Below are positions 55,281 through 60,482 of a DNA stretch of 60,482 nt, in pieces. This DNA is from an uncultured Planctomycetia bacterium (GTDB taxonomy: Bacteria; Omnitrophota; Gorgyraeia; Tantalellales; Tantalellaceae): NCBI GenBank assembly GCA_964457005.1, contig CAYWDJ010000001.1:1-60482 (forward strand), written 5' to 3'. Position 1 is the stretch's first letter; each line of letters starts with the position of its first letter. A program made the translations under genes and the position numbers. Under the pieces are notes generated by a model. The model was not told where the DNA came from, did no database searches, and was given only the letters and a program-made list of their open reading frames with translations.

Positions 55281-58200
55281 TTATCTCGCTGCCAGCCGGT
55301 ATTGAACTCCCTTATAGGAACTGTATACACATGGTACAAGGATCAATGTTATGACCGTACCGAATAAAAGCCCCCACGCAAGGGCCAGCATCATCTGTGC
55401 GAGCATTGCATCGTATCCCGCCCATCCATAGGCCGTTGGTATTATGCCGACAACCGTGGTTATCGTCGTTAAAAGAACAGCCCTTAAGCGGGTTTTCGCT
55501 ATAGCCGATATTTGGAGATCCTTTTTATCTTTTCCCTCTTTTGTGTCGAACATTTTATCCAGTTTGGTAAGCATTATTATAGCGTCATTCACAACAACTC
55601 CCGCCAGGCCAAGAGCCCCGATAACGGCGAAAAACCCATACATCCTTATGCCCTGAAGCCTGAAAGCCAGGATTATGCCCACCAACCCGAACGGAATTAC
55701 GGCCATAATAATGAGAGGCTTTATTAATGAATTAAAAAGGACCGCCAGTATTATGTATATCAAAAATGCCGCCATTATAGCCGCCGAGTAAAAATCACTT
55801 CCTGACTCCCTCGAATCTTTAACTTCTCCCTTGAACTCTATTATGGCCGTTGGATATTTTTTCTTGAATTCCGGAAATACTTCCTCTTCAAAATATTCGG
55901 CTATTTCAAGAGGCGTTTTTTTTGATCCGGGAACAATATCTGCGTAAAGCGTTGTACATCGTTTCATATCCTCCCTGATAATAGAATCAGGGCCTTCCAC
56001 TTCTTCAATATTCACCAGATCCCTCAAGGGCACAAGATACTGCCCTTCATTCTCGACAGGGATATCGAATATTTTAGTTATATCGTCTTTGGCTTCGGGA
56101 ATAACCGTAAGCCTTACATATACCTCCTCATCCTCACCGCTGAATTCATAAAGAATAGTCCCCTCAAGAGAAGCCCTGAGCGTTCTGGCAATATCGGAAG
56201 GGTTTATGGCCAGCCGCCTTGTTTTATCCCTGTTCAACGTAAGCCTGTATTCCGGATTATACGCGGGCCTGTCTATTTCAACGTTATTAAGCCCCTGGTA
56301 TTTGCCCATCAGGGCTGCAAGCTCGTCGGATATCTTGTATCTGCGCTGGACATTGTTCTCTTTTACCATTATTTCAATAGGGCTTGAGCTGTCCTGACCA
56401 TGCCAGGTCTTGCTTATTCGGACCTTAGTTATACCCGGGATGTCTTTGATCTGCTCTTTCCATTCTTTAATAATATCGTCGGACGATCTCTTCCTTTTTT
56501 CTTTAGGCAGGATCTCTACGCGCATCCTGAACTTGTTTTCCTGCGCCGCCACCCCCCACCTGCTCTTTGCTATCTCATTCCTGAAACCCGTAACCCCGCT
56601 ATCTCTGTATCCCAATACAATATCCTCAATGGGCTGCGTCATCGCGGCTGTCTGATACCTTTTTGTCCCGGTCGGCGTCTCAGCGGTGATCCGTATCTGG
56701 TTGGTTTCCTCATCCGGGAACATTACAAATTTCATGTGACTGGAAACTACATATCCTGAGACTAGAAGCAGTATTCCAAAAAATAGAAATACGGCCTTTT
56801 TGTTTATGAGGAGCCTGTTTATTAACCCCTCATATTTCTTTTCAGCCAGATCGATCCAGTACTTTCTATGTGATCTTACGGAGCTTTTGTCTTCGCCCGA
56901 TGGTCCTTTTAACCGCCTTTTCCACGAAGGTCCGACAATATTGCTTACACCCTCCTTGAAAGATATCATTAAGTGCCCCGGAAGTATACAAAGGGCTTCA
57001 AAAAGGCTCCCGCCAAGCATAAGGAAAACTACCGCGGGTATGAATCGTACCATTAGGCCGAAACGTCCGGAAAAGAAAAAAAGCGGAATAAAGGTTACAC
57101 ATGTGGTAAGTATGCTGGCTACTATTGGAAGAAAAACAAAAGAAGTTCCTTTAACCGCTGCTTCTTGCCTGTTCATCCCTCCCATACGGAGTCGGTTGAT
57201 GTTTTCAGCTACAACTATGGCATCGTCAACAACCATACCCATGACTATTACGATAGCGGCAAGCGTAATATTGTTTACCGAATATCCTATCATCAGTCCG
57301 GCGATAAGGGTAAACGCGAATGTAAAAGGTATCCCCATCGCGACCCAGAAGCCTGATTTAAAATCCAAAAAAAGAAAGAGCATTATCAGTATAAGAATGA
57401 AGCCTATCGCCCCGTTCATGCCTATCAACCTGAGCCGGTTTCTTACATCCACTGCCTCATCGTCCATAAGCACAACTTCTATATCCGTCCCATTGATCAC
57501 ATTCTTTTCAAACTGTTTAACTGTCTTCTCAACAACTTTTACGGCATCGATTATTCCGACGTTCGAATTTTTAGTGACTTTCAGGAAGATCCCTTCATGG
57601 CCGTCTATTTTTAGAACAGTTTTTTTCTTCTCGTACCCTTTGGCAACATCGGCAAGATCCGATACGCGTATTATCCGGCCTTCAAACCCGCCCTGGATAC
57701 TCATATCTTTAAGCTTTTCTACCGTATCCAGCTGCCCGGAAAGCGTAACCTTCGGTTCTCTTGCATTTTCTATGTTACCGGCCGGCTGCCGCACATTGCC
57801 ATCGGTTATCTCTTTCATTACGGTGCTGAAAGGAATATTGTATTCCTTCAGTTTGTCAGGGATGACCTCAATGTGTATCTCATCTTTCAAGTAACCGTCC
57901 CGTTGGACGTTATTCACCGCAGGAAGGTTCATAAGTTCATCTTCAAGAACAAGCGCGTATGTCTGCAGCTTAGCGCGTGACTCTACATCAAGGATGTTGT
58001 GCCCCTTGTAAATAAGCCCCACATCTATCACGGCTTTCCTGGAAGTTTTGAAGACCCGGATGTCTGGTTCATCCACTATATCGCTCGGCAAGTCGACATC
58101 AAGAACTTCATTGCGCAGTTCAGTTATTACCGCGTCAATATCAGGATGGTCTTTTTCGATCTCGGCCGTTACCGTGCAGTTCCCTATGCTGGTGGAACTG

Positions 58201-58448
58201 AATATCCTGTAAACACCATCGGTATTCCTTATAGCCTCTTCTATGGGCTCGGTAACGTAATATTCGACATCCTCGCTTGACGCTCCGGGATAAGTTGCGG
58301 ATATCCTGACCTGGTCAAAAGTAATATCGGGTAGTTCCTCTTTAGGTAAATTAATCCATGCAAATATTCCTCCCACAAGAACGCAGACGAATATCAAGTT
58401 ACTTAAGAGATGCCTTTTTAAAAAAAATTGAATTAGTCTTTCACGCAT
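55281..58448 (-). CDS. RND efflux transporter permease (AcrB/AcrD/AcrF family)
   Basis: 1055 aa. 12-TM pseudo-duplicated layout with two large periplasmic loops. Motifs include GMVVDDAIVVAENI and AGVVVNDAIIML. Confidence 0.9.
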   Translation of the reverse strand: MRERLIQFFLKRHLLSNLIFVCVLVGGIFAWINLPKEELPDITFDQVRISATYPGASSEDVEYYVTEPIEEAIRNTDGVYRIFSSTSIGNCTVTAEIEKDHPDIDAVITELRNEVLDVDLPSDIVDEPDIRVFKTSRKAVIDVGLIYKGHNILDVESRAKLQTYALVLEDELMNLPAVNNVQRDGYLKDEIHIEVIPDKLKEYNIPFSTVMKEITDGNVRQPAGNIENAREPKVTLSGQLDTVEKLKDMSIQGGFEGRIIRVSDLADVAKGYEKKKTVLKIDGHEGIFLKVTKNSNVGIIDAVKVVEKTVKQFEKNVINGTDIEVVLMDDEAVDVRNRLRLIGMNGAIGFILILIMLFLFLDFKSGFWVAMGIPFTFAFTLIAGLMIGYSVNNITLAAIVIVMGMVVDDAIVVAENINRLRMGGMNRQEAAVKGTSFVFLPIVASILTTCVTFIPLFFFSGRFGLMVRFIPAVVFLMLGGSLFEALCILPGHLMISFKEGVSNIVGPSWKRRLKGPSGEDKSSVRSHRKYWIDLAEKKYEGLINRLLINKKAVFLFFGILLLVSGYVVSSHMKFVMFPDEETNQIRITAETPTGTKRYQTAAMTQPIEDIVLGYRDSGVTGFRNEIAKSRWGVAAQENKFRMRVEILPKEKRKRSSDDIIKEWKEQIKDIPGITKVRISKTWHGQDSSSPIEIMVKENNVQRRYKISDELAALMGKYQGLNNVEIDRPAYNPEYRLTLNRDKTRRLAINPSDIARTLRASLEGTILYEFSGEDEEVYVRLTVIPEAKDDITKIFDIPVENEGQYLVPLRDLVNIEEVEGPDSIIREDMKRCTTLYADIVPGSKKTPLEIAEYFEEEVFPEFKKKYPTAIIEFKGEVKDSRESGSDFYSAAIMAAFLIYIILAVLFNSLIKPLIIMAVIPFGLVGIILAFRLQGIRMYGFFAVIGALGLAGVVVNDAIIMLTKLDKMFDTKEGKDKKDLQISAIAKTRLRAVLLTTITTVVGIIPTAYGWAGYDAMLAQMMLALAWGLLFGTVITLILVPCVYSSYKGVQYRLAAR

Positions 58449-58488
58449 AGTAAGCGTATTTTATCATGAATTACTCTATTTATAAATG

Positions 58489-58516
58489 ATTATAGTATTT
58501 ATACTTCTAAGCCCAA
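58489..58516 (-). promoter_or_regulatory. Candidate promoter of the RND-TolC operon
   Basis: Minus strand reads TTGGGC - 16 nt - TATAAT, about 40 nt upstream of ATG 58448. Confidence 0.45.
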
Positions 58517-58574
58517 AAATATGCTTTTTCACGAGGTGATAAGCATGAAAACTAAGACCTTCATCAAACAGGCT

Positions 58575-58930
58575 CATTATCTCTTCGCTTCGCTCGAGGA
58601 TCCTTCTTTTAGCCCCACTAGCTCTCACGGTGTCGGCTTGCGGAACCTTCCATATCGCCTCTTAAACTCGCACGGTTTGGACACACTTGAAGCCTCCCAA
58701 AAAAACAAAAAACCCCAAGTCATTATTTTACAACAACTTAGGGCCTATATTTTTAAATGGTGGAGGTGCCGGGGTTAGATTAAGGGTGTTTTTGCAAACC
58801 CTCTATTTACGGTGCTTTCGCACTTATCTCGTGTATTTATAAGAAATTACAGAGTGCGGTTGTTTACATTTAGCTACATATGATTACAGATGTTTTGATG
58901 TGAAATGGGCACTGTTTGGGCTCTAACATA
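58575..58930 (-). repeat. Composite copy F: diverged ~165-nt body + 17-nt core + terminator + s1/U1/U2 modules
   Basis: The minus strand starts 2 nt after the HEPN stop: GCCCAAACAGTGCCCATTTC..., GTGC-GAAA-GCAC, AGGGT(10)ACCCT, ...CCCCGGCACCTCCACCA (core 58774-58758). The hairpin at 58712-58744 has a G.U on the minus strand only, then a T-run. Modules follow, including the 45-nt U1 (58634-58678). Confidence 0.65.
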
Positions 58931-58931
58931 C

Positions 58932-59348
58932 TTACTGTTTAGTATCTTCTTCCACTAAACGTTTTGCCTTATCTAAAGTCGATTCAACAAAGCTTATATA
59001 CTCTACACATTCCTTGGTTGTTACCTCTATACCTCCATCATACAAATCTGTATTTCTTTTAGATCTCATCAAGTTTCCTAGCGCACTAACTCCATCATCA
59101 GCAAGAATATCCGCAAGTTTTTCTATGATCTTAATATGATGTCCTCGTACACTTTTCACTTTTCTCCCATAAAAACTAATAAGGGCTATGCCTGTCTTCA
59201 AAAGCGCGGTATATGAATAATTAAACTTCACATCTAAAAATTTATCTTTTTTTGCAATATCCAAATCACGCAAAGCATTCTTAATGTTATTGTGAACCTG
59301 TTCTTGTGTAAATTTGAACTTTGCAAAACATTTATCATCAAATTTCAT
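58932..59348 (-). CDS. HEPN-domain protein (putative toxin of a HEPN/MNT pair)
   Basis: 138 aa, all-helical. The region LMRSKRNTDLYDG resembles the HEPN R-x-x-x-x-(H/Y) region. The start overlaps the MNT stop by 1 nt (TAATG). Confidence 0.6.
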   Translation of the reverse strand: MKFDDKCFAKFKFTQEQVHNNIKNALRDLDIAKKDKFLDVKFNYSYTALLKTGIALISFYGRKVKSVRGHHIKIIEKLADILADDGVSALGNLMRSKRNTDLYDGGIEVTTKECVEYISFVESTLDKAKRLVEEDTKQ

Positions 59349-59893
59349 TAAATAACCTCAATGTATTTTTCTTTAAAAACAGTCTCAATAAAAGGATCTT
59401 TTCCCTTTTGTCTTTTTTCAAAATCTATTTTGTCCATATTCACAACATTGATTTCTCTGCCGATTTCTTTTTGAATTTTACTGATCTCTTTTTGCAGATC
59501 CATTACACTATGCTCACCTACTACTAAAAGATCTATGTCGCTATGTGCCTCCATTGAATCTTTGGCATACGAACCAAAAAGATAAACTTTTTCGATGCCC
59601 TTTATTTTAGTGAGCATATTTTTTAACTTACTTTCGACACCTATTGTTTTAAAAACTATTTTCTTATATTCTTCATACAGTGGATATAACTTATTGATCG
59701 AATATATTTTTTGATTTCCCCTTGTCTCGCTTGACAATAGTCCATCATTTTCAAGTTCTTTGAGTTTTTTAAGAAGATTCCTTTTATCCAAATTCAGTTT
59801 CCTCTCCATCTCATTCACGAAAAGACTATCTTCAGGATTGAGGAAAAAATAATTCAAAAGTACTTTTGTTATCTTTGATCTCATTGATATCAT
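59348..59893 (-). CDS. Winged-helix + minimal nucleotidyltransferase (MNT) protein (putative antitoxin)
   Basis: N-terminal wHTH-like region. The nucleotidyltransferase motif VYLFGSYAKDSMEAHSDIDLLVV is GS...DxD. AAGGAG SD. Confidence 0.75.
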   Translation of the reverse strand: MISMRSKITKVLLNYFFLNPEDSLFVNEMERKLNLDKRNLLKKLKELENDGLLSSETRGNQKIYSINKLYPLYEEYKKIVFKTIGVESKLKNMLTKIKGIEKVYLFGSYAKDSMEAHSDIDLLVVGEHSVMDLQKEISKIQKEIGREINVVNMDKIDFEKRQKGKDPFIETVFKEKYIEVI

Positions 59894-59917
59894 AACGTGT
59901 CTCCTTTTACACCGATA

Positions 59918-59946
59918 AGTGTATCATATTACACCTCACTAGTCAA
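59918..59946 (-). promoter_or_regulatory. Candidate promoter of the MNT-HEPN pair
   Basis: Minus strand reads TTGACT - 17 nt - TACACT, 25 nt upstream of ATG 59893. Confidence 0.5.
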
Positions 59947-59954
59947 GATAAGGT

Positions 59955-60173
59955 CATTAAGGCATGCTTTCGCTGCGCCTTCGGCTTGCGGAACCTTCCA
60001 TATCGCCTCTAAAACTCGCACGGTTTCTCTCGCTTTGCTCGAGGATCCTTCTAAGCTCGCCTAGGAAGCTCGCACGGTGTGGGCACACATAAAGTCTTCA
60101 TACAAACAAAAAGCCCCAAACCGTTATGTTTCAACAACTTGGAGCTTCTGTTTTTAACTGGTGGAGGTGCCGG
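59955..60173 (-). repeat. Composite copy H: 15-nt core + terminator + s1/U2/U1 modules, upstream of the TA pair
   Basis: Minus strand ...CTCCGGCACCTCCACCA (core 60173-60159), then GTTAAAAACAGA-AGCTCCAA(19)TTGGGGCT-TTTTGTTTG, then AGACTTTATGTGTGCCCACACCGTGCGAG. U2 and the 45-nt U1 (59982-60026) follow. The hairpin has a G.U on the minus strand only. Confidence 0.65.
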
Positions 60174-60482
60174 AGGGTGTGCGGTTTAAGGCTAAAATAA
60201 GCCCCCTCAACACGGCTCCACCACGATTTGCACCAATTATCGCCCTACTAAGCTCCCTCTGCTGGACGAGTTTAGAACTTGGTTTTATTCAAAAGAAGCA
60301 AGAAAATTACAGCAAATCAAGTCCACTCCTTCCCAAGAGGGGTCAAAATCAAAACTATGGTCTTTTTTACTTAAACGTTTTCGACGCACAGTTTATAGAA
60401 GATGAGCGAAAAGTAATTTTTTTGATCGGCATCTTGTCTTTAAGAAGCTCGTATAAAAGTTCGCACCAATTCTCACAAGTAG

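Noticed and set aside
56800-57894. 364-aa plus-strand ORF
   Set aside because: It is entirely antisense to the well-supported RND permease gene. It is low-complexity (S/T/I/P-rich), with no SD and no family signal.
52440-60173. CRISPR array or integron attC array
   Set aside because: There are no regularly spaced identical short repeats and no cas genes. The conserved sites lack the attC R''/L''/L'/R' inverted-repeat layout. GTTRRRY occurs only once by chance (58772), and no intI gene is present. The cassette-like layout is reported as a finding but not called an integron.

Overview
A 60.5 kb chromosomal segment from what looks like an uncultivated Gram-negative bacterium. It is AT-leaning and compositionally patchy, and I cannot assign a taxon from sequence alone. 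About 50 of 53 credible genes lie on the minus strand. Content from left to right: a type IV pilus assembly fragment (PilM'-PilN fusion, PilO, PilP-like); SrkA kinase; pyruvoyl arginine decarboxylase. Next come an operon of outer-membrane barrel + NTF2-like protein + 1504-aa secreted protein and a GH130/GPH mannoside locus. Then an ion-transport island with three PtsN-type EIIA-domain proteins, and a Pho module (PhoB/PhoR/NaPi with an 11-bp-phased box array). Then a roughly 1174-aa protein embedding an archaeal-type phosphoglycerate kinase domain, followed by MscS, CorA and a lipase. Then a poly-gamma-glutamate (PgsB/PgsC) cluster fused to an FGase/QEGLA/GshB-like triad, an RND+TolC pump, and a HEPN/MNT toxin-antitoxin pair. 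No rRNA genes, intact tRNA genes, CRISPR arrays or intact IS elements were seen. The most unusual signal is non-coding. It is a dispersed, modular intergenic repeat family whose conserved core reads, on the minus strand, exactly like positions 55-76 of a tRNA or tmRNA (TCGAAT-CCCGG-CACCTCC-A-CCA). Each copy sits next to a rho-independent terminator. There are seven same-strand copies between 29.4 and 60.2 kb, plus two relics. They bracket small cassette-like gene blocks, including the TA pair. All functional calls rest on motif recognition by eye, and no database search was run.
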